Position numbers and translations under genes: made by a program. 64,000 nt of DNA from the human T2T-CHM13v2.0 reference genome, Homo sapiens, in the NCBI RefSeq assembly GCF_009914755.1, contig NC_060941.1; one strand, 5' to 3'. A model generated the notes under the pieces. That model did no database searches. It was not told the origin of the DNA and worked only from the letters and a program-made list of their open reading frames with translations. This document shows, in pieces, positions 15,124 to 39,269 of the stretch; position 1 is the stretch's first letter, and each line of letters begins with the position of its first letter.

Positions 15124-17142
15124 ACTTATGCATATGATTTTTAAAACAAAAATAAGATCTTACTATGCTTACTGATATTTTTGACTCAACTGTCTTGGAC
15201 AACTTTTCACATCAACAGAGATATTCTATTCCCACATTATCCATGGTTGAATAGTATTCTATTGGGAGGATGCATCCCCATCAGACATTTGTTTGTTCGT
15301 TTGTTTTAGAAACTGGGTCTCACCCTGTTTCCCAGGCTGGAGTGCAGTGACGTGATCGTAGCTCACAGCATCCTTGAATCCCTGGGCTTGAGCGATCCTC
15401 CTGCCTCAGCCTCCTGAGTAGCTGGCACTATAGGCACAAGCCACCGCACCTGACCCCCTATCAGACATTTGTTACTTCTAAATGTGGTTGACATAAACAA
15501 AGGTGGACAAGAACAATCTTCCTGAAACATGGCTGGCCACAGCACTTGGTATCTCCCTTTTGCTTGAAACCCACTGATAGCTCTCCATTACCCACAGGGC
15601 CAAGCCTAAATTCCAAACCTTGGCATTCCAAACCTTGGCCTGTCCCTGGACCTCTGCTCTCTGCCCAGCTCCTCTTCTACAGTCAGACAGTTTGACCCAC
15701 CGGGTCATCTCAGGTCCTGTCCATTCATACACCTGGGTCTTGGCTTGGGCTCTGTCCCCAGCCTGATAGCGCCCGTCTTCCCCTGCTGCTTGGCCCCATC
15801 AAGGACTGACTTCCTTGGAACTCCATCCCTCAGCGGTCAAGTCCTCTCTTTTTCATTATCCCCGGGGCGTAGTCTTATCTTTCTGCTCTCTTTCCATGGA
15901 TACATTTTCACTTCCCAACAATGCTGGGACAAGTGACCATACTGCTTATGCCTCCAGGGTTCAGATGGCACATTGCACACGCAGACACTTCCTTGGTCAA
16001 GGTTTGTTGATGATGAGCAAAATGGCTTGTTCTCTTTCTACCTGGAATGAGAATGGAGATGGAGAGAGGCATCTCTGTGTTCTACTCACTGGGGGGCTGT
16101 GACCCCAGTGCCTGGATCTCAGCTTGTTAATGGCTGTTGAAGCCATAAGACCCATGGGGACAGTAAAGTAATGCCCACAAGCCTGCTCCCCTAGAGACAG
16201 GTACTACGGAGCAAAGGAGGAGGTGGGAATGGTCTTTCTGGTTCTTACTCCAGGACTGGCAGGAAGGGGAGCTGACATGGAGAGTGGGGGAAGGGCTACT
16301 CGGGGTGCTAAGCCCAGCTTCCTGTCTGGATTTTCCTTGACTGCTGCCGGGGGCCTATCTTAGGATGGTCACAGCTGCAGAAATAGATCTCCCCCTTCAC
16401 CTGTTCTTAAGCAAGGAAGACCTTGCTAACTTCCTGTCAAAAGAACGCGTGCTTTGGTAACTTTTCCAGTACGGGAGACAGTACTGGGGACGCGGGTGCT
16501 GAAGTCACCACGATTTTCCTCGTCTGAGGAGCAGTGGCTCACCTTGGCCAGGAAACAGGGCAAATAGCCGCAAGGAGAGAGGCGAGAAGCCGGCCACGTG
16601 TTTCCAGCCAGAGTCCTCAGCCTCTTCCGTGAATTCGGGCGGTGTTTCCTTCCTTGGTCTGCTCCAGAAACCACTCTTTCCTGGCAGGAAGCCCCTCTCT
16701 CTGTCAGAGTGACAGGGAACAGACCCTTTGTCCTCCTCACTCGTCTGCCCTAGCCCCCAGCCTGCTCCTGCAAAAGTCTCTGTTTCTCCTGAACTTTTCA
16801 GCTGAGTCAATCGGGCTCTGGGACCCCGAAACCAAGCCTCCCCAGTCACTCGCTTATTCACTCAACAAACACACCCCCCTTCCCCGCACTAACCCAGGCC
16901 CAGTTCTGGGAACCAGCAAGGGGAGGGGAGGGGAGCCCCGAGCAGCGCGGCGGGAGGTGGACATGCCGGGGAGGAGACTGGCCTCCTGGTGGCGGGGGAG
17001 GGCTCCTGGGGACCCCAAGTCCGCGGAGGAGGAGACAGGAGGGAGCAGGGAGATGGAAGACCCAGGAGCACGGGCGGGCTCCGCGCATGCGTGGGAAGAG
17101 ACCTTGGCGTCCTCGGCGTCGCCAAGGCAACCGGCGCCAGCC

Positions 17143-20537
<3,395 letters not shown>

Positions 20538-21384
20538 GGACAGACCCCGGCCCTGGGAACTGCACCAGCTTCCTGCTCTGGATACAGCCCCGGAGCCGCC
20601 TCCTGCACCTCTCTTGTCGACTCCCCGGTGCCCATGGCTGGCAGTCCTTCTCACTCCCTCAACCTCAGCCAGGCCCTCTTCTCCTGGGGAAATCAGTCCC
20701 TGCCCCACGCCAATGAGTTCCTGGACGGGCCGGATCTGTGCTGTTGTGTGAGAGCTCCCTAGAGCACCACCCAGGCCCTTGAAGCCACGTCAGCCCGCCT
20801 CTGCCCCACTGCTTCCTGCCTGGAGCAGGGGGAGGCCTGGGAACAGAGCCCCCACCCTCTCTCCCTCACCCCTCTCTCTGGGATGATGAGGTCTCCTTCC
20901 AGCCTAGTAATGGAGCAAGAGGGGAGGGGGGGATTCCTTCTGCTTTCCACAGCTTTGAAGGCCCCTTTGAGGTGGCTGGAGGGGCCCAGAGTGGTCGGGG
21001 AGAGACTTTGCTGGGCAGCGCCCCTGAGCAGAGTCAGTTCGCTGGGCCCCCCACCCCTCATCCCAGGAAGCAGCTCTGTTGGCAGAAAGGAGAGGTCAGA
21101 GCTTTGTCCTGCTGTGGCCAGGAGTGGCCTGAGGTCTCCTGGGGCCAGGTGGGAACAGTGTGTCCTCTGCCCCCTGGGCCAGGGTGTGTTTCCCCCACCC
21201 TCCCTCAGTAGCAATGAGCTACTCGGGCCAGATGGGGGCCTGTTGCATGGGCTGGGAGGCCCCTGTGAAGGAGAGGGTGGGGAGGGAGGCATCTAGGGAG
21301 AGGGGTCCCCCATGGTGGCTCCCCTCCCTGGCCATTGTTATCCCAGGAGGAGACACTGTGGGCACAGGGCTAAGTCCAGGTGTT

Positions 21385-21390
21385 TGTATT
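21385..21390 (-). terminator. ICAM2: Probable non-canonical ICAM2 poly(A) signal AATACA
   Basis: tgtatt on +, ~135 nt after the stop; no AATAAA/ATTAAA seen nearby on the minus strand. Confidence 0.55.
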
Positions 21391-21522
21391 CGGGCTAGAA
21401 AAGGCAATGTCCCAAGTCTCTGCTGCCTGTCACAGTCCTTCAGCCAGGGCTGGACCTCAACCCTGAGGAGTCACACTGAGTTCCAGTGACCACCGTGGTG
21501 GTGGCCATGCCACTCATGGTTG

Positions 21523-25467
<3,945 letters not shown>

Positions 25468-25544
25468 CTCTGGCAGTCTCCACGGGCTCGCAGGGACCAG
25501 CCAAGGGCTGCCTGGAGGGAGATGGTGGGCGCAGGTCTGAGCTA

Positions 25545-25820
25545 TGGCCCAGAATCCCTAGCCTTCTGCAAACTGATGACTGCATTTCCTCTCATTATCT
25601 GAGAGATCTTTGGGAAGCCACGTGCACCAGCTCGTTCTAGGACCCCAGGCCTCTAAGAATCCAGGCAGAGGAAGCTGGGAAGCTGCTGATAAGCAGGGCA
25701 TAACCCAGTCCTCCCTGCTGACTCCCTGTGCAAGGGGCGGGGCAGGCAATGGGTGCACGCATGCGTGTATGAGACGTGTGCACAGGGGAGAGTCAGGCCT
25801 ACAAGCCCCAGATCTGGGGA
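25545..25820 (-). promoter_or_regulatory. ICAM2: ICAM2 proximal TATA-less endothelial promoter
   Basis: GATA sites at 25595-25600 and 25687-25692; ETS GGAA cores at ~25586 and ~25670; Sp1 GGGGCGGGGC at 25734-25743; palindrome CCCCAGATCTGGGG at 25806-25819; all immediately upstream of the ATG exon. Confidence 0.8.
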
Positions 25821-26019
25821 ACCCCAAATCCCATGGGATGCATTGTTGGAGTCATGCCTGGGAGACAACCATCCAAAGGCCAGGACCTGTCCAGGACTTG
25901 CAGTTACCATAGCAAAAGGGGACAGTGACTTGGGCTTTTCTAAGGAAGCCTGGAGGGCAATTTGAGCTTCTCCTGCTAAATGCCTGGTGCAATTCTGCAT
26001 AAACCTTCACATCCCACTC

Positions 26020-26336
26020 AGTTTTCTTTTCTTTTTCTTTTTCTTTTTTTTTTTGAGATGGAGTCTCACTCTTGTCGCCCAGGCTGGAGTGCTGTGGCAC
26101 AATTTTTGGTTCACTGCAACCTCTGCCTCCCAGATTCAAGCAATTCTCCTGCCTCAGCCTCCAGAGTAGCTGACATTACAGGATCGCGTCACCACACCCA
26201 GCTAATTTTGTATTTTTAATAGAGATGGGGTTTCACCATGTTGTCTAGGCTGGTCTTGAACTCCTGACCTCAGGTGATCTGCCTGCCTTGGCCTCCCAAA
26301 GTGCTGGGATTACAGGCCTGAGCCACCGCACCTGGC
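26020..26336 (-). mobile_element. AluS
   Basis: Alu consensus; TSD cactcagtttt. Confidence 0.92.
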
Positions 26337-27184
26337 CCTCACTCAGTTTTCAACCTAGACTTGATCTTGACTCAGCTGATTCAGGGCCAACTTGAGGCCC
26401 AGAGCCTCAGGAAATGCATCCCATAATAGTCCCCAGCAACCCAGGCACAGACAGAGAATGGGGTCAGTCTGGCTGCAGCCACACCCCCAAACCATGGCCT
26501 TCATTTCCTGGCCTACCTGATGTCCTCCATCCTCTCTCTCCCTCCAGGAGGGAGCCTTGGGTTGGGAGGGTTGGAGCCTGAGGTGTTTCACTTTATTCCT
26601 AGGGAGGAATCCGCAGAAGCAGTGAGCAGGTAAGGGAGGGATTTCAATGGACGAGAGGACCTTCCTGGGGGATCGCCACACAGTCTCATCCCTCAGTTCT
26701 GCCTAAGATCCCTTTTGCAACCAGGCAGGGAAAGAGCAGGACTTCTTGCTTTCTCAGGGGAACCCCTGATGGGGCCTTTCCAAAGGGATGCCCCAGAATC
26801 CTCAGGACTTTGGCCAAGCTCCATTCCGGGTTGGGAGGGCAGGGTGAGGTCCTGCCCTTCCCTCACTGCTGAGGGCAAAGGCGGTTACTACTGTACACAA
26901 CCATCAAGGGCTGCCATTGTCAGCCTGGACCCAGGGAAGTCCCTGGACGGGGTTGCTGGACTTGGGAATGATGCAGGGAGGAAGAGGCAGGGCCTGGGGC
27001 CAGCAGAGAAAAGGAGAACAGGGTGGAGTTTCACCCCCAGCCTGAAGGAATCTGATTTCATGTGGGGCCGGCAAAGTCCTGAGAGCAGGAAACACTCCTG
27101 AAACCCAAGCCAGGGGCTGGGACAGAAGGGTGGGGATGGGGACATTGCTGTAGTGGAGACTCTGTGTCCTCCACTGAGTCAGAA

Positions 27185-27390
27185 TAATAATAACAATAAC
27201 AACATCAATAATAATAATAGTAAACATTTACTTACTACAAGTCGGGCACTGTCACAAGCACTCTATAAATATTAACCAATTAATCCCCTAACTCTCTGAG
27301 GCAGGTACTGTTACTGTCTCCATCTCACAGATGGGAAAACTGAGGCACGTCAAGGTTAAATGACTTGTTCAAGATCACATACCTAGAAAA
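27185..27390 (-). mobile_element. MIR
   Basis: cagatgggaaaactgaggcac...ggttaaatgacttgttcaagatcaca core. Confidence 0.75.
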
Positions 27391-28243
27391 AATGAAGTCA
27401 CCATGAATGATAGCCTGCCATGGTGACTGTTGAAGCCCGCCCGAGCAGGCGCAAGAAGAGGATTGTTAGGAGCCTGGTTCCCAGGAGACCCTCAAGAGGG
27501 AAAAGCAACATAGCAGAAGGCCAGAGGAAGGTTCTGGGGCCTGCCTCACTGTGAGGGACTGTGGGAAGGTGGGGTGATCCATGCCTGGAGTGCTCCAAAC
27601 AGCTTCTGGAAGGGACAGTGCTTGGGAATCCCACCTGCATACACAGCAGGGCCAGCCTGATTCCCTCTTCAAGCAAGGCTTCTGCAGCCCAACGTCCTCC
27701 CCGAAAGCACAGGCCCCAGTTCCTACCCCCCATCTCCTCCTGTGATGTCTCCCATCCTTCCTGGGCAGGCCCTGCTTGGCTGGGACACACCGGGCATGTG
27801 ACCATCTATTTGTTAGAAATAGTTACTGTATTCTAACCGTTGACACATCAACCTTCCTGCCTCCCCACTGGCCCATCAACAGTGAGGGCAGAAGCTGAAT
27901 CTCATGTACTGCTACATCCACCCAGTGTAGGACACTGCCTGGCACACAGTAGGTGCTTCATCATTGTTGAATTGGTAGATGGATGGGTGCATGCATGGAT
28001 TAGTGAATGAATGAGAGAGTTTGTCCTAAACAAGCCTGGGCGAAGGCTGTTTTTAGTTTTAGGTCCTAAGCATTTACTGTTTTTTTTTTTTTTGTCCAGC
28101 ATCTTCCTCCTGCTACTGCTAAAGTCTCTGCTTCCCAAGTCCACAAGGCTGACCTTATAATGTAAACAAGGCCAATCATGGTACCTTACTCCTTGAGGAT
28201 GGGCACTTTGAGTTAGGCCTGCACAAAGGTTTTCTTTTTTTGA

Positions 28244-29017
<774 letters not shown>

Positions 29018-30052
29018 CAGGAATAAGAGGAAACTGACCATGATGTAGAAGAGAGAAGAAACTCGGGGTCCTTCCTGGAAAATTGTTTTCACCATGAAAT
29101 GTCTCCTGTTTTGCTCTCTGGATCCCTAAGTTTCTCAAGGAAGGGGGCTATAAAACTGGAGGAGTTAAGATAGTTCTGGAAAACGTGAGAGAATTTTTGA
29201 GGGGAGGGGAGATTAGAGTCTCAGTTTAGAAAGTGAACTCATCTCTCCCACAGAGCTTTGGAAGGATTATGCTCTGACAGGGTCCTAATCCAGTGACTTT
29301 CCTCTCTTGTTTGAAAGAAAAAAAAAAAAAAACTATTAGAATTGTGTACCCAGCAAAACCATCTTTCAAGAACCAAAGTTAACAAAAACAGATAAACAAA
29401 AAGTTTATCCCCCAAAATACCTAAATGAGCATTTACAAATGTGCTTCAGTAAGAAGAAAAAATGATTACAGAACAGTTTGCTATGCAAAGAAGGGCAAGA
29501 AAATAAAATGGCAAATGAGTACACAACTCCAAACAAATATTGTTTACAATAATGGTAATATTAATCATTATAATGTTTATTTTGAGAAGTTTTAGAAGTT
29601 CAAAACTAAAATACTGGGTAAGAATATATAAGGAAGGATTGGAGTTAAAGCATTCTAAGGTTCTAACTTGGATTTTTTAGGAGGGAGGACACATTTTAAG
29701 TTATATAAGGAATGGGAGAAAATATTTGCAAGCCATACATGCAGTAAGGGGCTAATATCCAAAATATATAAGAAACTCAAACAACTCAATAGCAAGAAAA
29801 AAAAACACAATTTTAAAATGGGCACAGACCAGCCCAATGTCTCTTGGACTTTATTTAATGCCATATAATGTTGTCAGAATAAAGAGAAAGATGAAAAAAA
29901 TAAACAAAAATGGGCAAAGGACCTGAGCAGACATTTCTCAAAAGAAGACATACAAATGGGCCAGGCGTGGTGGCTTACACCCATAATCCCAGCACTTTGG
30001 AAGGCCGAGGTGGGTGGATCATGAAGTCAGGAGATGGAGACCATCCTGGCTA

Positions 30053-30274
<222 letters not shown>

Positions 30275-30924
30275 TTAAGGAGTGCCCACCATCACTAATT
30301 ATTAAGGAAATGCAAATTAAACCCACAATGAGATATCACTTCACACCTGTTAGAATGGCTATTTTCAAAAAGACAAGAGATAAGTGTTGATGACAGCTGG
30401 GCATGATGGCTCATGTCTGTAATCCTAATACTTTGGGAGGCTGAGGCAGGAGGATCCCTTGAACCCAGGAGTTTGAGATCAGCCTGGGCAACACAGGGAG
30501 ACCCTGTCTCTAAAAAAACAATAATAATACTTTTTAAAAAGAGATACGTGTTGATGAGAATGTAGAGAAAAAGGAATGCTTACATGCAGTTAGGAAGAAT
30601 GTGAATTAGTACAGCTGTTATGGAAAATAGAATGGAGGCTCCTCAAAAAATTAAAAGTAGAACTACAGAGGATCTAGCAATCCCACTACTGGGTATATAT
30701 CCAAATGAAATGAAACCAGCATGTCAAAGAGATATCTGCACTCCCATGTTCATTGCAGCATTATTCACAATAGACAAGATATAGAATCAAACTAAGTGCC
30801 CAACAGTGGATGAATGGATAAAGAAAATCTGATACATATATACAGTGGAATACTATTCAGCCTTAAAAAGAAGGAAATCCTGTCATTTTTGACAACACGA
30901 ACAAACCTGGAGGACAATATGTTA

Positions 30925-31391
<467 letters not shown>

Positions 31392-31394
31392 TTA

Positions 31395-31660
31395 TTAAAA
31401 TGTTTACACAACATTTAAAAAGGCAAAACTTGGGTTTGCTGCACACCAAGTACTGTTGAATCCACGTGAATGAAGGGATGTGGAACACTGTATTAGATGT
31501 TCTAAATAATCTAGAGGTAGTTTAAAGTATACAGGAGGATGTGTGTAGGTTATACGAAAATGCTATGCAATTTTATATTAGGGACTTGAGCATCCTCAAA
31601 TTTTGGTATCTGTTGGGAGGGTTCTGAAACCAATCCCTCCATGTATACTGAATAGTGACT
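31395..31660 (+). mobile_element. MER2/Tigger-type DNA transposon fragment
   Basis: aatctagag...taaagtatacaggaggatgtgtgtaggttata...agggacttgagcatcc...ggtatc...accaatccc. Confidence 0.75.
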
Positions 31661-31983
31661 CTACAATTTTTGTCAAATATTAAAAGAACATGTAAAATTT
31701 CAAGGAAAACCAGTAGAGATAAAGTATATAAATTCTAAACCACTAGAGAGGCTTAAAATTGTATAAAAACAATCCAAACAATCCTTAGTTAAAAAAAATT
31801 AAGAAGAAAGCTGAGTGTGGTGGCTTATGCTGGTAATCCCAGCACTTTGGGAGGCTGGGGCGAGTGGATTACCTGAGGTCAGGAGTTCGAGACCAGCGTG
31901 GCCAACATGGTGAAACCACTCTCTACTAAAAATACAAAAATTAGCTGGACATGGTGGCGTGTGCCTGTGGTCTCAGCTACTCA

Positions 31984-32311
<328 letters not shown>

Positions 32312-33085
32312 TCAGCTCTATGTTGTTTGTTGTTTACAAGAGACATACTTCATGCATAAGGATATGGAATTGGTTGAAAGTCAAAGGATGAAAAAGATAT
32401 ACTAGGCAAACACCAAAAGAAAGCTTGGAAAGCTATATTTATATCAGACAAAAATGAATTTAAAGACAAAAACATTTATTAGGGATAGAGTGAGTACCTA
32501 GAATAAAGGGTCAATTCACCAGGAAGTTACAATAGTTCTAAACTTCTATATAGAAGTTTCTATATAGAACTATATACTTCTATATATACTCTTTATAGTT
32601 CTATATACTCCCATATAGAACTATAAAGAGGTAAAACCACCATCACAACAGGAAATTTTAACATATGTCTCTTACTTATGAGTAATGATGCGGACAGAAA
32701 AAAAAATCAGTGGTGTAAATGCTTGAACTGCATCTATAAAGTAGAGAATACAAATTCTTCAAGAAGATGAGTTTTAAAACGCTTATATATTTGACAGTTT
32801 AAAAACATAATCTAATGCATTGGTCAAAGAAGAAATCATAATGACACATTTATAAATTCCTAAAATTGAATGATAATGAAAATATCATGTTAAAATTTCT
32901 GCGAGGCGCAAAAGTTGTGCTTGGAGGGAAATCTATAGCCTAGAATGCTTGTATTAGAAAAGAACTCTGGGCCAGATGCAGTGGCTCATGCCTGTAATTC
33001 CAGCACTTTGGGAGGCCAAGGCAGGAGGATTGCCCCTGCCCAGGAATTTGAGACAGGCCTGGGCAACATGGTAAGATCACATCTG

Positions 33086-33122
33086 AAAGAAGGAAGGAAG
33101 GAAGGAAGGAAGGAAGGAAGGA

Positions 33123-33169
<47 letters not shown>

Positions 33170-33478
33170 GAAGGAAGGAAGGAAGGAAGGGAAAGAGAAA
33201 GAAAGGAAGGAAGGAAGGAAGAGAGAGAGAGAGAAGGAGAGAGAGAGGGGAAGGAAGGAAGGAAGAAAGAAAGAAAGGAAGGAAGGAAGGGAGAGAGAGA
33301 GAAAGAAAGAAAGAGAGAGAGAAAGGAAGGAAGGAAGAAAGAAAGAGAGAGAGAAAGGAAGGAAGGAAGGAAGAAAGAAAGAAAGGGAGGGAGGGAGAGA
33401 GAGAGAAAGAAAGAAAGAGAGAGAGAGAAAGAAAGGAAGAAAGAGAGAAAGAAAGAAAGGAAGGAAGGAAGGAAGGAA

Positions 33479-33516
<38 letters not shown>

Positions 33517-33535
33517 GAAAGAAAGAAGGAAAATA
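33086..33535. repeat. ~450 bp (GAAA/GGAA/GA)n polypurine tract at a FLAM tail
   Basis: Pure purine on +. Confidence 0.95.
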
Positions 33536-35039
33536 AGTCTGATGGCCAGGCATGGTGACTCATGCCTATAATCCTAGCACTTTGGGAGGCCAAGGCGGAA
33601 GGATCACCTGAGCTCAGGGGTTTGAGACCAGCCTGGGCAACATAGTGCGATATTATCTCTCTATTAAAATAAAAAATATTACAAAAAAACCCTTCCCTAC
33701 AAAACTCAATAGGATAGGCAAGTCTCCAGTGAAATCGATATATAAAGAAAAAGAAGGCATGCGTAAACATGATTAGGAATGTAAATGGAAACGTAAACAT
33801 GAGAAGAAAGAAAACTATACAAATTTATAGAAACAGAAAGTGAAACAGTAGTTGCCAGGGGCTGTGGGAGAGGGGAAATGAGAGTCCTTTAAATGGATTT
33901 AGTTCTGGTTTTGCAAGATGGAAAAATTTCTGGAGATGGGTTGCAAAACAATGAGAACATACTTAGCATTAATTGCTGAAGTGTACACTTAAAAATGGTT
34001 AATTTGGTACATTTTATGTTATGTGTATTTTACCACAATGAAAAATAAAGAAGACTATAAAAAAGTTATGCTACAACATAGGAATTGAAGTAGATCAAGT
34101 CTTAGACAAATATAACTTACCAAACTTATTTAAGAAGAAATAAAAAGCCTAAATGGTTCTATAACTATTAAAGAAATTGAATCAGGGCCGGGCATAGTGG
34201 CTCACAGGTAATTCCAAGAAAGTGCTTACGGCTAATCCCAGCACTTTGGAAGGCTGAGGTGGGAAGATCCCTTAAGCCCAAGAGTTTGAGACCAGCATGG
34301 GCAACATGACAAAACCCCATCTCTACAAAAAATACAAAAACTAGCCAGGCGTGGTGGTGCACGCCTGTAGTCACAACTACTTGGGAGGTGGAGTTAGGGG
34401 GATGGCTTGAGCCTGGGAGGTTGAGGCTGCAGTAAACCGAGATTACGCCACTGTACTCTAGCCTAGGTAACAAAGTGAGACCATGTCTCCAAGAAAAAAA
34501 TAAAAGAAAACAAAAAAACTTGAATCCGTAATTTAAAGATCTTCCCATGAAGAAAATACCAGGTCTAGATGGTTTTGCAGAAGTTCAAGTAAGGGTAACT
34601 CTTTAAAAAAATTATTATTATTATTATTTTTAGAAATGGAGTTTTGCTGTATTGCCCAGGCTAGTCTCAAACTCTTGGGCTCAAGAGATCTTCCTGCCTT
34701 AGTCTCTTGAGTAACTGGGACTATAGGCATACAGCACTGTGCCTGGTTAGTAATTCTAATTTTATAAAAACTCTCTCTGAGAATGGAAAAAATGAAAACA
34801 TTAACTCTTTCCATGAGGCCAGTGTAACCTTAATATCTAAACAAGACAAGTACAGGAAGAGAAAGCAATATTAGAGGCCAGTTTCACTCATGACTATAAA
34901 TGCAACAGTTATAAGAAAAATACTGGTAAATCAAATCCGGCAGTGTAAAAACCAAAAGGCATCACATTCTAGTTGGGTTTATCTCAGGTTTGCAAGGATG
35001 GTTTAACAACGAAGAAATGTCTATAAACATTATTTATTA

Positions 35040-35610
35040 TGTTGGTAATAGTAGACTTTGGTGCTCTGTGTCATATCACTTCTGCCCTCTGCTGATTTCA
35101 GCTGTCCCTACAGTGGATGATTTTGTGCAAGCCTAGACTCCCTTTTAAGCTGCCAGTGCCCCTCCACCTACCCCCAAACTTATACTATGCTTCTTTTTGC
35201 TTTTCGTCTCAGGGTCTTCTTCAATGCTTTAGGAACAATTTACTTGCCAGCTAGTGATTCCCAGAAGTGTGGGAGAGTTAAGGTCCCTAGAATGCGATCC
35301 TCACCCAGTTGGGGAACAGGAGCCAGTGGATATACTTTCCAGCCTCCTTCTTGCCAGTGGGCAATTCTGAGAGACATCCTGTAGTTTTATCAGAGGTCTC
35401 AGCAGAATAAGCTTCCGTCGCCTACAGCTGCAACATCAGTCACCCTCCTTTAAATGGGCTTTTCCTTCCTTCCTGTCTGTTTTCCCTGCTCCTTCACCCC
35501 CTGCTTCCTGGAATCACCTCTCAAATAACCTATCTGAATCTAAGTCCTTGCTCCAGCCTCTGCTTTGGAACAAAGGATTCTGCTTTAGAGCAAAAGGAGA
35601 CCAAACTAAA
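35040..35610 (+). mobile_element. LTR16-like ERVL LTR
   Basis: cccagaagtgtgggagagttaa...ctgcttcctggaatcacctctcaaataa..ctctgctttgg. Confidence 0.6.
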
Positions 35611-36863
35611 ACTTACATTAACAGATTTAAAAAGAAAAAACATACGATAATATCAACAGATTAAAAAAATTGACAACATTCAACACCCTTTTATGATACA
35701 AGCTCTTAGCAAATTAGAAGCAAATGTCCTTAACCTGATAAAGAAAACTTACATAAAACTTCTATGTTGTTTTTAATGAGTAAATCTTAGGAGAATTTCC
35801 TTTAAAATCAGGAAGAGACAAAGATGCCTATGATTTCTGCCTCTGTTTAATATTGTACCAAAGGTCTTACACATTGCAGTAAAAGGAAAGGAAGGAAGGA
35901 AGGAAAGGCGATCAAAACCATCGGTATTTGTATATGGCGTGACTACCCAGGTAGAAAATCCAAAAGAATCATCAGGCAAGTGACTCAAAGTAATAAGAGA
36001 TTTTAGCAAGGCAACTAGCTAAAAGATCAATATTCAAAAATTGGTTGTTCTTGTGTGTATCAGTAACATACAAAAACATAATTTAAAAAATACATCAATT
36101 ATAACAGTCAAAAAAGTAGAGCAAGAAAACTAACAAAACCTAGAACTATAAGACCTATAGTAAGAAAATTATAATACTTTATTGAAAAATATTAAAGACA
36201 ATCTAAATAAATGGAGAGATAACACATGTTCATGGATAGGAAATTCAATATTATAAAGATGTAAATTATTCTGTAACTGATCTATAGGGTCAGTGCAATT
36301 CCAATTAACCCCAGTAGGGTTTTTCATGGAAACTGAAAGCTGATTTTAAGGTTTATATGGAAGAACAAAAGAACCAAGACGCCCCTAAAGGAAATGAATA
36401 AGGTGAGGGATTTGCTCTGCTAGATATTAAGACTTTCTGTAAAATATGGTGTTAGCGTAGGTATAGGCAAATTAACTGATGAAACAGAATAAAGAGCCCA
36501 GAAATACACCTATGCTTGTTTGAAACTTTGATGCATGACAAAGATGACATAGAAGATCACTGGGTAAGAGAAGAGCCTGTTAAATGACACAGGATCAATT
36601 GATTAACCATATGGAGAAAAAAAGGGGAAAATGTATCCCTATCTCACACCAAATATAGAAATCAATTCCATTTAGATTAAGGATTTATATGTGAAAGAAA
36701 CTCTTTATAAGAAAATGTAGGAGAGTATTTCCATATCCTTGGGGCAAGACCTCGAAATTGTCAATCATAAAATCAACAATTGGTATCTTTGACTAAGATA
36801 CAAAGAAACAGGTCGGGTGCGGCTGTGACGCCAGCACTTTGGGAGGCCGAGGCGGGCTGATCA

Positions 36864-37160
<297 letters not shown>

Positions 37161-37384
37161 TTATTTAGCTCGAGTAGCCAGGGAAATTAAAATTAAAATT
37201 ACAATGGGACCGATACTATTTTATATGTATTAGGTTGGCAAAAGTTAAGAAATATGACAAGACCAATTGTTGGAGAGGCCGTAGGTTAATAGGCACCCTT
37301 CTAACTGCTGATGAGAGTGTATATTGGTGCTCTCAGAGATAATTAGGCATTATCTTGTAAACGGAATATTCTTATACCCTGTAA

Positions 37385-38587
<1,203 letters not shown>

Positions 38588-39269
38588 GCAGATAAGTGGT
38601 GTTTGCAGTTTGGTGATACTCCATCCTTGTGCTGAGTGGCAGCTTCAGGTGTGTTTGGTATATTACTGTGCAGTATGATGTATATGTATGTTACATAAGC
38701 TTTTTATGCGTTACCTAGTAAATTTTACAAAAATAATAAAAGGGAAAAAGGGCCTTTCTACGTGCCTAGAAAGAAGAGGCTTCATGGGAATGTGAGCCAT
38801 GGGTTAGGAAAGACCCCCTCGAACCGAGGCAGGTAGGAAGTGAGTGACTGAGATTCATTATGAACCCACCACGCCTGCTGGGGAGAACAGGGACTGTCCC
38901 TTCCCCTCTGCATCAGCTCAGATGGTCCAGATCACAGCCCACGTGGGCCCCTAAATAAGGAGGCAGCCCCACATTTCTACATCGGCCACCGAGATGGCAG
39001 AGCAGAGGAAGGAGAGAGGGGAGACAAATCAGGAAAGGAGCGCCAGGGCAAGTGCGTGAGCTCAGAGACCCAGCAGGGCAGGGCAGGAGCTTCACAGAGT
39101 GCAGAATGTCGAGCCACAGGAGCGCTGGGGATTCCCCAACCCCTGCACTTACCAGCGAGAAACTGAGACCCAGAGAGGGGAACGGACTAAAACTCAGACC
39201 TCGACACTGCCAAAATCCTTCCCATGCTGCCACGCTTCATTGGAGGGAAAGTGAGAAGCTCAACCTTAC

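Noticed and set aside
32940-33800. ORFs of 158-286 aa (FLS/ERK-rich)
   Set aside because: Translation of a purine microsatellite plus Alu.
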